Positions 27,780-37,247 of a DNA stretch of 64,000 nucleotides are shown in pieces. The notes under the pieces are model-generated. The model did not search any database and was not told the origin of the DNA. It worked only from the letters and a program-made list of their open reading frames with translations. The stretch is from Candidatus Versatilivorator sp. (GTDB lineage: Bacteria > Acidobacteriota > Terriglobia > Versatilivoradales > Versatilivoraceae): positions 1,309,808 to 1,373,807 of the forward strand of contig OZ242296.1 of NCBI GenBank assembly GCA_965207735.1. The letters run 5' to 3'. Every line of letters starts with the position of its first letter. Position 1 is the first letter of the stretch. The translations under genes and the position numbers were made by a program.

Positions 27780-28960
27780 GACCGCCCTGAGGCGGGTGTT
27801 ATCCGGCCCTGTCGGGAATCTGTGGCGACCCTCTCAAAGCGTCAGGCGCATCAACTGCTCCACCGTCAGCGCCAGAATGCCGAACATCAGGTGGCACATC
27901 ACCTGGTCGGGGCCGCGTACCCTGACGTGGCGTCCGCCAAACTCCTCCTTGAGCCGTCCGTTGACCCGCTCCACGGTCGAGCGTTCCCGGTAGCGCCGCG
28001 CCTCGGGAGACAGGTGGCCGATGCAGCGCTCGGCCAGCGCCTCCCGCTTCCGCTCGGCTTTCAGCTCGGCTCGCCTGCGGGGGTTGACGTCAATGATCGG
28101 CACATGGCCCAGCTTCTGGCTGAAGGCCCGGATCTCAGGAGCATCGTAGGCGCTGTCCATCAAGTCGTAAAGGCTGGTGACCCGCCTGGCGGTCAGCGTC
28201 GCCAGCGGGATGGCCACCTGAGAGTCATGCACCGAGGCCGAGGTCAGCAGGCAGCTGATGGGAATCCCCCCGTCGATGGCGTCGAGATGCAGCTTGTAGC
28301 CGGTCCATCTCTCCAGATACCCCTTCCCGGTGGACTTGACGCCGATGTCGCAGGCCCTGGGCAACTCCTCCAGCATCTCGTCCAACGTCATGGAGGCCTG
28401 CCGCTGCAGACGGCTCAACTCCTTGGGCCGTTGCTCGCCCTTCGGCGGCCGGCCCACCCGGCGCTTCGGCTTTGCCGCCGGGGCCGCCTTTGCCGCCGCC
28501 TTCTCACGCCCCGCAATGGCCGTCGAGTCCCTCGAAACATGGCCCGCCAAGTGGCCCTCCAGCGTCCGCTCCAGCAGCACCTTATACAAACGCCCCGCCA
28601 GGTCGCGGTCAGTAAACTCCCCAAAGGCGCGCGAGAAGGTCGCCTCGCTCGGCACACTCTCTGCCCCCTCCCAGCCGCACAGCCGGCGCAGGGTGCCATC
28701 GGGCCGCAGACGCTCCACCAGCCCCCGGGTGGTGGGCACGTTCAGCACCGCCTTCGCCAGGAAGGCACGCGCCAGCGCCGCCCGATCCTCCACGGCCGGC
28801 CCCGCCAGCCCCTCTGGTAGGGCACCCACTCCTCCACCCGCACCAGTTCCAACACCTGCACCAGCCGCTGGTAGCGGTTCCTCACGTATACCCTTGGGTC
28901 GGTGCCCATGGCCTTCGCCATGAAACGTGCCAGCTGTCACTTGAGCTAGTCAACTACTTC
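27780..28960 (-). mobile_element. IS5/IS1182-superfamily insertion sequence (boundaries approximate; inverted repeats not resolved)
   Basis: Contains a single DDE transposase gene with DUF772-type N-terminus (AALARAFLAKAVLNVPTTRGLVERL...LRRLCGW) and a C-terminal DDE domain (DSAYD...VERVNGRLKEEFG). Confidence 0.7.
27834..28921 (-). CDS. IS5/IS1182-family DDE transposase, apparently frameshifted near 28795
   Basis: N-terminus MAKAMGTDPRVYVRNRYQRLVQVLELVRVEEWVPYQRGWRGRP starts at the ATG at 28921 in one frame. The body from ...AVEDRAALARAFLAKAV onward is in another frame. The shift is inside a G/C run (ggggccggcc). Confidence 0.7.
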
Positions 28961-28965
28961 TTCTC

Positions 28966-29235
28966 CTACTTCTTCTCCACAACCTCTTCCAAAAAAAACT
29001 CCGTCCTGATCCTGTCGTCAAAATCCACCACGTTCCCCTCCTGACTAAAGACTCCTGGCCTGGGACCACCCGGTCCAATGGAAAACTTGGCTCCGGCTGT
29101 CCCTACGTACTTGTATTCACCGTCTTCTTTCAAGAAGACCTTGAAATTCACTTCAAACGTCCGCGTCTGCGGTGGTGCATCCCCCGCAGCAAATGCGAGC
29201 GCGGCCAGCAGCAAGACTACCGTTAGTATTCTCAT
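28966..29235 (-). CDS. small secreted protein of unknown function
   Basis: GGAAGG RBS then ATG. Signal peptide MRILTVVLLLAALAFAAG. ~70-aa mature protein. Immediately downstream of the ankyrin gene. Confidence 0.5.
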   Translation of the reverse strand: MRILTVVLLLAALAFAAGDAPPQTRTFEVNFKVFLKEDGEYKYVGTAGAKFSIGPGGPRPGVFSQEGNVVDFDDRIRTEFFLEEVVEKK

Positions 29236-29344
29236 TGTTCCTTCCAATAATAAAGGTTACAAGCAACACCAAAACCGAATGTACAGAGCCTCCAATTGGT
29301 CACAAACTATCTCTGCAGTAGCTCCCGGTCAGAGCATACGGCCG

Positions 29345-31567
29345 CTATTCAACCGCTTGTTGCAGACGCCGGCTAGCCCTGGAATCCTTTAACTCGTCTC
29401 TGTCTCTGGCAAAGTCCCAAGGCCGCCTGAACTCGCTGTCCAATATCTCGGGATCGGCTCCGGCGTCCAGTAGCGCGTCAATGACAGCCGGATTGTCGTT
29501 GCTCTCGGCAGCCTTGTGCAAAGGAGTGCGTTCCATGTGTTCAGTCTGAGCGTTGGGATTGGCGCCCGCCTGGATCAGTTCAGAGATAATTTCTGGATTG
29601 GTGTTGTGGCTGGACGCATTATGTAGCGGAGTCTCGCCGTATTTCGGACGACTGTTCGGGTCAGCGCCCGCCTGGATCAGGGCAGTAATGATGGCCGGAT
29701 TGGAATTGGTACTGGCTGCTCTATGCAGTGGCGTATCTCCTTGTTGGTCCCGTGCCTTTGGGTCCGCTCCTGCCTCCAAAAGGATGGTCGTGATAGCTGA
29801 ATTGACGTTGTGACCCGCTGCCTGGTGCAGGGGAGTGCTTCTCCCATCGTCCGCCGCATTGGGGTCCGCTCCCGCTTCCAGCAATGTCGTGATGATTTGC
29901 GGGTTGCTAGTTTGGCCGGCTGCCCAATGCAGGGGAGTATCACCGGATCGTGTCCGTGCTTTGGGGTCGGCCCCCGCCTTCAGCAATGTCACGATCACCT
30001 GTGGATTGCTATTGCTGGTAGCCGCCCCGTGCAGGACCGTTTCACCGCTTGCTGTCTGGGCCTTTAGGTCAGCACCGGCCTCGATCAGCGCACTGATGAT
30101 CGATGAGTTCTTATTTGTCCTGGCGGCCCTGTGCAAAGGAGTATAGCCCATCCCAAATCGAGCTTCGGGGTCTGCCCCGAGTCTCACGAGCGTAGTGATG
30201 ATCGCGGGGTTATCGCTGTCGCTGGCGGCCCAAAACAGGGGCGTGTACCCTGTATGATCGCGTGCGTCGACAGCCAGCCCCAACTTCACGAGACCAAGAA
30301 TGCTAGCCGGATTGCGACTGTTCTCGGCTGCCAGATGAAGGACCGTTCGACCCTTCCGGTCCCGCGCTTCGAGATCCGATCCAGCTCCCCATAAGGCAGA
30401 GACAAAATCAGGGTTGTAATCGAAGTTATACCGGGCGGTCCAATGAAAAGCGGTACGGCCTTCCCGATCCCGGGCCATCGGATCGATGCCCGCATCGACC
30501 AGTAGGGCGACGACCGCAGGATTTCTCATATACCTGGCAGCGTGATGCAGAGGGGTGCACTCTGCCTTGCCCCGCACCTTGGGATCCACCCCGGCTTCCA
30601 GCAACGCTGAGATGACGGCCGGATGACTGCGGCTACCTGCCTCGTGCAGGGCGGTGTGGCCCCGCCGATCCCGGGCCATCGGATCCACCCCCGCCTTCAC
30701 CAGCGCCTCGATGACGGCCGGGTTTTTTGTCGATCTGGCAGCGATATGCAAAGGGGTTTGCTCGGACTTGTCCTTGGCCGTGGGGTCCGCTCCGGCTTCC
30801 AGCAGGGCCGTCACCATGGCAAGACTTTCCGGATGCTCAGCGGCTACATGCAGAACTGTGCGGTCCCAATGATCGCGGGCCTTGATGTCCAGTCCTGCTT
30901 TGAGCAGCACTTCGACGACCGCGGGCACTCTCACCATGTGCCGCGCGGCCACGTGGAGAACAGTTCGTCCTTGCAGATCCCTTGCGTTGGGATCCCCCCC
31001 GGCTTTCACGAACGCTGACACAAAAGCTGCGGTCTTGTCGCTACCACTGTCGAACGGATTGGAAATGACACTCCAATGGAGGGCGTTGCGTGCGCTAAAA
31101 TTATCACCTGCAGCTGGATCTACACCTGCCTTCATCAGCACGTCGAGGACAGCAGGACTTCTGCTTCCCCTAGCTGTGTAATGTAAGGGAGTCCACCCTT
31201 GTGCCGTCCGCTCTTTGGGGTCCGCGCCGGCTTCCAAGAGTACAGTGACGATGGCAGGATTTTCGTTACCACCCGACAGATGGAAAGGGGTTGCGCCAAA
31301 CTCATCTCGCGCCGTTAGATCGGCCCCGGCCTCCAACAAGGCGGTGACGACAGCAGCGTCCTCATTAAATCTGGCCGCAATATGCAGAGGAGTTTTTCCT
31401 TGATCGTTCCTCACCTCGAGATCGGCCCCGGCTTCAAGGCAGCCAGTTACAATCTCCACCGTGGCTTGCCTGAAAAATGACTCCGAGTTCCATTTCTCGC
31501 AGTCCCTTCCAAGTGCCTGGAAGGATCCGAAAACCAGACAAGCGATCAAGAGCATCATGCGTGTCAT
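29345..31567 (-). CDS. secreted ankyrin-repeat protein (~21 tandem ANK repeats)
   Basis: GGAGGG RBS 8 nt before the ATG at 31567. Signal peptide MTRMMLLIACLVFGSFQALG. Repeated TPLHxAAxxxxxxxxxxLLxAGADxNA motifs throughout. Confidence 0.9.
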   Translation of the reverse strand: MTRMMLLIACLVFGSFQALGRDCEKWNSESFFRQATVEIVTGCLEAGADLEVRNDQGKTPLHIAARFNEDAAVVTALLEAGADLTARDEFGATPFHLSGGNENPAIVTVLLEAGADPKERTAQGWTPLHYTARGSRSPAVLDVLMKAGVDPAAGDNFSARNALHWSVISNPFDSGSDKTAAFVSAFVKAGGDPNARDLQGRTVLHVAARHMVRVPAVVEVLLKAGLDIKARDHWDRTVLHVAAEHPESLAMVTALLEAGADPTAKDKSEQTPLHIAARSTKNPAVIEALVKAGVDPMARDRRGHTALHEAGSRSHPAVISALLEAGVDPKVRGKAECTPLHHAARYMRNPAVVALLVDAGIDPMARDREGRTAFHWTARYNFDYNPDFVSALWGAGSDLEARDRKGRTVLHLAAENSRNPASILGLVKLGLAVDARDHTGYTPLFWAASDSDNPAIITTLVRLGADPEARFGMGYTPLHRAARTNKNSSIISALIEAGADLKAQTASGETVLHGAATSNSNPQVIVTLLKAGADPKARTRSGDTPLHWAAGQTSNPQIITTLLEAGADPNAADDGRSTPLHQAAGHNVNSAITTILLEAGADPKARDQQGDTPLHRAASTNSNPAIITALIQAGADPNSRPKYGETPLHNASSHNTNPEIISELIQAGANPNAQTEHMERTPLHKAAESNDNPAVIDALLDAGADPEILDSEFRRPWDFARDRDELKDSRASRRLQQAVE

Positions 31568-31986
31568 GTTTCTTACCCTCCGTCGCGGGTCGCACGTCTT
31601 TGAACCATTGGGGCCGAAGAACCCCACATTTTCCCGGTGCGATACGACTTAACGATCCGGCAAGAATACCGTGCAGAGTGCTAACGTGTGTTCCTGACTG
31701 TAAGAATCTATCGTTGAAAATCAGTATAGCAGCAGTCTTCACCAAGGGAGAAAGGCAACACACAATGAGGCTGGCAATCCGTCCAGTCCAGTTTGCTCTG
31801 CTTGTGCCCGGGATGCCAGCTCAGCAAGGAGGCACGTCTGCTACCGCGACCGCCAGAGGTGTCCGGGAGAAACGGAAGGCGTCTTTTCGAACCGGTCACC
31901 TTATACAGCGTCCACTTGAAGTTAGAGATGAGCCGGCTTACTATGGGAGTTAATCGCAACTTCAATAAGGCGGATATAGCGTAGGC

Positions 31987-32589
31987 TTGGAGATGAGCGG
32001 AAGCCCCCCTCTTTCCCCCTATGCGGTCGTGGCGTCGAGTTGGACCCTGGTTTGCTTTGCATCCGTCCCGGCCTTGGCTAACAACCTGCGCATCGTGAGC
32101 GGCAAGGCTCAGGTCCTGATGGTCAACACTTTGAAGGTCGATAACAAGATCGTCGATCTGAAGTGGATTATGTCCCTGCCGGACTATAGGCCAAACAAGA
32201 GTAGTGTGATCGAAGAGACCGCTGTCGCTGCGCTGAGAAAACGCATCGGTGACGAAACAGTGACCTGCGAGGTGAAGGTCCGCAAGCTGTTCCAGAACTT
32301 CAGGGTCCAGGAGGCCTTATCGGGGACATGTTACCTCGGGGATTCCACCAGGAGATTGGATCTGAACGGTTGGCTGGTGCGTCAGGGTTGGGCAAGCGCC
32401 AGCGGTCGTGGATGGGGCTGGCCGTACACGAAAGAAGAAAGAGAGGCCAGGGCCGAAGAAGCGGGCGCCTGGGCGCTCAGTAAGAAATTCCGATGGTGTT
32501 GCACTGGGGCAAACTCCCCGGGGAAGAGCGAACGGCAATCCCCCTCCGGACTGGACGAGTCCAGTTCCAGGATTGCTGTTGAAGAATAG
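31987..32589 (+). CDS. staphylococcal-nuclease-like (SNase/thermonuclease fold) protein, probably exported
   Basis: 200 aa. Hydrophobic N-terminus. ...LDLNGWLVRQGWASA resembles the SNase C-terminal motif. Assignment is tentative. Confidence 0.45.
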   Translation: MEMSGSPPLSPYAVVASSWTLVCFASVPALANNLRIVSGKAQVLMVNTLKVDNKIVDLKWIMSLPDYRPNKSSVIEETAVAALRKRIGDETVTCEVKVRKLFQNFRVQEALSGTCYLGDSTRRLDLNGWLVRQGWASASGRGWGWPYTKEEREARAEEAGAWALSKKFRWCCTGANSPGKSERQSPSGLDESSSRIAVEE

Positions 32590-32949
32590 GAACCCCGTGT
32601 GTCAACACCCGTCTCCACACCGCATATCCGAGGCCACAGTCGCAATTCTTTCCCGGATGACCGTCACAACCCTCGTTTGAGCTTCTCGGCCTTGCGCCGA
32701 ACCATCCGCCGGGCGGAATTGCCGGCATTCGGCTTGTCCTGCCTATGTTGCTCAAGCCGTGGGGTCACCGTCTCGGGAGTCTCGCCGCTGCACGGCGCAT
32801 CGCCCGCTGCGGCCCAGTCCCGCTCGCTCTGGGAGTGGTGTCCCGGCGGCATCCCGCGACGGCACCTATATCGACCTGCAGCTTTTGTGTTGTTGCTGCA
32901 CGAGAGGCTGACTCCGGTGATGATCGGGTGCGGATTTGCGGATGTCCGG

Positions 32950-33075
32950 GACTGCCAGCCAGCCGTCTCCGGAAAATATCCTGTGCATCCTGTGCATCCA
33001 TGTGAATCAATAATCTACTCATGCTTGACCTTGAACCGGTTTCCAGCCACCAGGCTCAGGGGGGTGTTTCAGGTA
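32950..33075 (-). repeat. partial MITE-family copy C (left arm only), inverted relative to copy B
   Basis: Reverse complement reads ggtggctggaaaccggttcaaggtcaagcatgagtagattattgattcacatggatgcacaggatgcacaggat. This matches the copy A left arm over ~75 nt. Confidence 0.5.
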
Positions 33076-33440
33076 GGTCTGGCCCCCGGCCAGGACAATC
33101 CCACGCTACCGATTTTCAGGGTGGCCGAACTGCCGAGGCATCCGAATCACCTCCACATTCCATGTTAAATTGCAGGGCGCCCCGTGTGGGTGCCCAATTC
33201 GGCTCTTGCTGGTAAAACCGAAACAAACGGGCAACCACAAGGGCTGCCCCTACGTTGGGGCGTTCAGCGTGGGATGGCCCTGCGCCCCTCGACCCGCTGT
33301 CTTGTCGGACCGCTGTTCTTGACACCTGCGCGGCCATTGATTAAATTGCCCGCATTGGTTCATGGTTTCTTCGGTCCGGGGGCGCAGCGCTGGGGTTGCC
33401 CTTGCCCGCCCGTCTCCCCCCTTCAAACGAGGTAGAGTGA

Positions 33441-34229
33441 ATGAGTTCCGTCAACAACGTCGATCGGTTCCGGCAGCGCCTGCAGGAAGGCAAGATTTGT
33501 GTGGGTACCTCTGTTTCGCTCACCGATCCCATCGTCAGCGAGCTGGCAGCCGAGGCTGGAAACGACCTGGTGTGGATCGAAATGGAGCACTCCTACCTCG
33601 ATCTTCGCGCATTGCTGGGACATCTGGCCGCGTTGCGTGGCACCCAGGCAGCTCCCATCGTTCGCGTCGCCTGGAACGATTCCGTCCTGATCAAGCCGAT
33701 CCTGGACCTGGCTCCGGCCGGCATCGTGGTCCCCATGGTCTGTACCGGCGAAGAGGCCGCCAAGGCGGTTGCCGCCTGTCGCTATCCGCCCCAGGGCGTT
33801 CGTGGATTCGGTCCCATCCGCAACATGTACGGCATCGAGAGCATGGAAGAATACCTGGCCATTGCCAGACAGCAAATCATGGTCTTTGTTCAGATCGAGC
33901 ACATCCAGGCCGTGCACAATCTGGACGAGATCCTGGCGACCCCCGGCCTGGACGGCGTCGTGATCGGCCGCAACGACCTGACGGGTTCCATGGGCAAGCT
34001 CGGCCAGCACAGCGACCCGGAAGTGCTCCAAACCATCGACAGCGTCTTCGCCAGGGTTCGTGAGACCGAGCTCTTTCTGGGCGCCTCGATCGGCTGCAAT
34101 CTCGAAACCGTCAAGGACTGGTACGGGAAGGGAGTTCAATGGTTCGCCCTGGGTGACGACGTAGTCCACTTTTTTGAGGGAGCCAAGGCGGTAGCCGACG
34201 AGGTCCACGCGTTGGGAGAAAACCGATAG
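33441..34229 (+). CDS. HpcH/HpaI-family 2-keto-3-deoxy-acid aldolase
   Basis: 262 aa with HpcH/HpaI aldolase motifs (VWIEMEHS, RVRETE..). RBS GAGG upstream. Confidence 0.85.
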   Translation: MSSVNNVDRFRQRLQEGKICVGTSVSLTDPIVSELAAEAGNDLVWIEMEHSYLDLRALLGHLAALRGTQAAPIVRVAWNDSVLIKPILDLAPAGIVVPMVCTGEEAAKAVAACRYPPQGVRGFGPIRNMYGIESMEEYLAIARQQIMVFVQIEHIQAVHNLDEILATPGLDGVVIGRNDLTGSMGKLGQHSDPEVLQTIDSVFARVRETELFLGASIGCNLETVKDWYGKGVQWFALGDDVVHFFEGAKAVADEVHALGENR

Positions 34230-34260
34230 CCCGTATTTCTCACCGGAGCCGGGGTGTATC

Positions 34261-35190
34261 ATGAAAAGGGGCTTGTTTTCAGTATCTTATCGACCATTTC
34301 CAGCGAATCTTCGCTCGAGAGCCGTGCCCGGCACACTCCCTGGGGAAAAACGTCAGCCAGCCGCCGATGAGAGGTGTCTCAATCGTCGGTTCGGCATCCC
34401 CGCGAGCGCGGCGGCGCGATTATTCCTTGTTGCGGCCTTCTTCCTGACCTGGATAACTGTCGGTAGCGCCCAGCAACGGGAAAACACCAATCCCCACACC
34501 ACACCGGAAGACGTTGCCGCGGGGGGCCGTATCTATCGCTCCCATTGCGTCGAATGCCACGGTCGCGACGGAACGGGGGGCCGCGGGCCCGATATTACGC
34601 GGGGAGACCTGCGCTATGGAAACAGCGATGCTGCGTTGGCCGACACCATCTCGACCGGGATTCCGGGCACCTCAATGCCGCTGTTCTTCTTCAACGGCAA
34701 GCAGCTCTGGCAGATTGTGGCATTCGTGCAATCGCTCCGGCGAGACGAACCTCAGCCCCCGGGAGACCCTGCCGCGGGCGCTGCAATTTTTCGCGGCAAG
34801 GGAGGCTGCGTCGCCTGCCACATGGTGGACGGTCAGGGTGGACGCCAGGGGCCCGATCTGACAACCGTCGGCGCCAGGCGCTCGCTTCGCCACCTGCGGA
34901 GCGCCGTCCTTGACCCCGACCAATGGGTTCATCCCCGCGACTGGAAGATTCAGGCCAAAACAAGGAGCGGTGCGCCGGTGGAAGGAGTGCGGCTCAACGA
35001 AGACACCCACTCTCTGCAACTGCTGGTCTCCGGCGACAAACTCATCTCGCTGGTCAAGAGCGACCTGGAAAGCTATCGGATCATCAAGTCGTCCGCCATG
35101 CCGCCTTATGCCGGCCGATTGAGTCAAAGCGAGCTGGATGACCTGGTGGCTTACCTCTACACGCTTCGTGGAAAGGGGGTATCCCCGTGA
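34261..35190 (+). CDS. diheme c-type cytochrome
   Basis: Two CxxCH motifs (CVECH, CVACH). One TM/signal segment. The stop overlaps the start of the PQQ dehydrogenase (GTGA). Confidence 0.8.
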   Translation: MKRGLFSVSYRPFPANLRSRAVPGTLPGEKRQPAADERCLNRRFGIPASAAARLFLVAAFFLTWITVGSAQQRENTNPHTTPEDVAAGGRIYRSHCVECHGRDGTGGRGPDITRGDLRYGNSDAALADTISTGIPGTSMPLFFFNGKQLWQIVAFVQSLRRDEPQPPGDPAAGAAIFRGKGGCVACHMVDGQGGRQGPDLTTVGARRSLRHLRSAVLDPDQWVHPRDWKIQAKTRSGAPVEGVRLNEDTHSLQLLVSGDKLISLVKSDLESYRIIKSSAMPPYAGRLSQSELDDLVAYLYTLRGKGVSP

Positions 35191-36794
35191 AGATACTGTC
35201 AACTGTCGCGCTCACAATTCTGTGGAGTGGAAGCCTCCTTGGGCAGGTCAGCTACCAGCGGCTCCTGAACGCCGACGACGAGCCGGGCAATTGGTTGACC
35301 TATTCCAGAACCTACAACAGCCAACGGTACAGCCACCTGGATCAGATCCGGAGGGACAACGTCAACAACCTGGAGCTGAAGTGGGTTTTCCAGGCCAAGT
35401 CTCTCGAGAACTTCGAGGCGACCCCTCTGGTAGTGGATGGGGTCATGTATCTGACCCGACCGCCCAATGTGGTGGTCGCGCTGGATGCCCGGACCGGACG
35501 CGTTTTCTGGACCTACCACCACAAGGTTCCAAAGGAAGTCAGCGTGTGCTGCGGCCTGGTCAACCGAGGGTTGGCCATCCTGGACGACCTTCTCTTCCTG
35601 GGCACGCTGGACGCCCGCCTGCAAGCCATCGATGCCAAGACCGGTTCCCTGGTGTGGGACGTGAAGCTGGCGGACTTCCGGGACGGCTATGCGGTCACCA
35701 TGGCCCCGCTCGCGGTCAAGGACAAGGTGATTGTAGGCATGGCCGGGGGAGAGTACGGCATTCGCGGTTTCCTGGAAGCCTACGAAGCCAAGACCGGCAA
35801 GAGAGCCTGGCGCTTTCATACCATCCCGGGCCCCGGCGAACCGGGGAACGATACCTGGGAGGGGGACTCCTGGAAAACCGGCGGGGGATCGGCCTGGCTG
35901 ACGGGCTCCTTCGACCCGGAACTGAACCTGCTCTATTGGGGAATCGGGAATCCCGGCCCCGATTGGAACGGTGACGTGCGCAAGGGCGACAATCTCTATT
36001 CCGACTCGGTGGTGGCCCTGAATCCCGACAACGGCCGGCTTCAATGGCATTTCCAGTTCACCCCCCACGACCTCTGGGACTACGATGCCGTGCAGATTCC
36101 CGTCCTGGTCGACATGGAATTCGGCGGCCGGGAGCGCAAGCTGATGCTGTGGGGGAACCGAAACGGTTTCTACTACGTTCTGGACCGAACGGATGGCAGC
36201 TTCCTGCTGGGAAAGGCCTTCGCCCACCAGACGTGGGCCGAAGGCCTGGATGAAAACGGACGGCCCATCAAGAGGGCTGGGGCCGAACCCAGTGTGGAGG
36301 GCACCTTGACCTACCCCAGCGTGCAGGGTGCAACCAACTGGTACTCGCCCTCCTACAGCCCCAGATCGGGGCTCTTCTACTTGTCTGCCTGGGAATATGC
36401 CAGCGTCTACTTCAAGGGCGATCCCACCTACGTTCGCGGGAACCGCTACATCGGAAGCTTCCCCAGGGGCGTTTACCCGGACGTCATGGTGGACACCGAC
36501 CCGGGTTACGGCGCCGTGCGGGCCCTGGACCCCAAGACCGGCCAACGCAAGTGGGAATACAAGATGACCAGCGTGACCGAGGGTGGGATTCTGACCACTG
36601 CCGGCGACGTCCTGTTCTCGGGTAACATGGAGGGGCATGTCTTCGCCCTGGACGTCTTCGACGGCAGCCTCCTGTGGAGCCGCAACCTGGGCGGGCGGGT
36701 CATCAGTTCACCCATCACCTACCTGGTCGACGACAAACAGCACTATTCCATCGTTGCCGGGAATTCCCTCTACACCTTTGTTCTGAAGGATTGA
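35187..36794 (+). CDS. PQQ-dependent alcohol/methanol dehydrogenase, type I quinoprotein with D-Y-D motif (XoxF/PedH-like, predicted lanthanide-dependent)
   Basis: Signal peptide. Vicinal Cys pair (SVCCGLVNRG). Eight-blade propeller W motifs. HDLWDYDAV around the catalytic Asp. Confidence 0.85.
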   Translation: MKILSTVALTILWSGSLLGQVSYQRLLNADDEPGNWLTYSRTYNSQRYSHLDQIRRDNVNNLELKWVFQAKSLENFEATPLVVDGVMYLTRPPNVVVALDARTGRVFWTYHHKVPKEVSVCCGLVNRGLAILDDLLFLGTLDARLQAIDAKTGSLVWDVKLADFRDGYAVTMAPLAVKDKVIVGMAGGEYGIRGFLEAYEAKTGKRAWRFHTIPGPGEPGNDTWEGDSWKTGGGSAWLTGSFDPELNLLYWGIGNPGPDWNGDVRKGDNLYSDSVVALNPDNGRLQWHFQFTPHDLWDYDAVQIPVLVDMEFGGRERKLMLWGNRNGFYYVLDRTDGSFLLGKAFAHQTWAEGLDENGRPIKRAGAEPSVEGTLTYPSVQGATNWYSPSYSPRSGLFYLSAWEYASVYFKGDPTYVRGNRYIGSFPRGVYPDVMVDTDPGYGAVRALDPKTGQRKWEYKMTSVTEGGILTTAGDVLFSGNMEGHVFALDVFDGSLLWSRNLGGRVISSPITYLVDDKQHYSIVAGNSLYTFVLKD

Positions 36795-36805
36795 ACGCTG
36801 CTCCA

Positions 36806-37190
36806 TTGCCTGAAACAGCTCCCGTCATCGGGCGTCGGGAACCCGGTTCAATGTCAAGCATGGGTAGATGGTTTATTAACATGGATGGACAGGATATACA
36901 GGATTTTTGGCGAGAGTTACCACCTTCTTGAGTTCAACCATCGCCCATGCTTCAAAGAGGATTCCAAGACCCGCCCCCGGCTCAGGGAACACCTCGAAGC
37001 CTCACCCGATCATTGAGCACAACCGCTTTTTGTGCCGTAGCGTCTCGTCCCGTTAATCCTGTCTATCCTGTGTATCCATGTTCAAAATGTAGAAAACCGG
37101 TTTAGCGGAACGTGGCACTTATTCCCGATAGGCCCGAAAGGCCGTTGTATCACTCTCGAGTGATCCGCACGGCAGGACGGCGGCGACTGA
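36806..37190 (+). mobile_element. MITE-like non-autonomous element, full copy D
   Basis: attgcctgaaacag...aacccggttcaatgtcaagcatgggtag...aacatggatggacaggatatacaggat ... atcctgtctatcctgtgtatccatgttcaaaatgtagaaaaccggttt ... cactctcgagtgatccgcacggcaggacggcgg. Same architecture as copy A. Confidence 0.55.
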
Positions 37191-37247
37191 ACAGCGGCGC
37201 TCGACCAAGCCAATGATCCCTGTTCTCCACATCTTCTGAGGAACTCC

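Noticed and set aside
33362-34063. 233-aa + strand ORF overlapping the HpcH aldolase gene
   Set aside because: Alternative-frame Arg/Gly-rich translation. The aldolase frame carries the conserved motifs.
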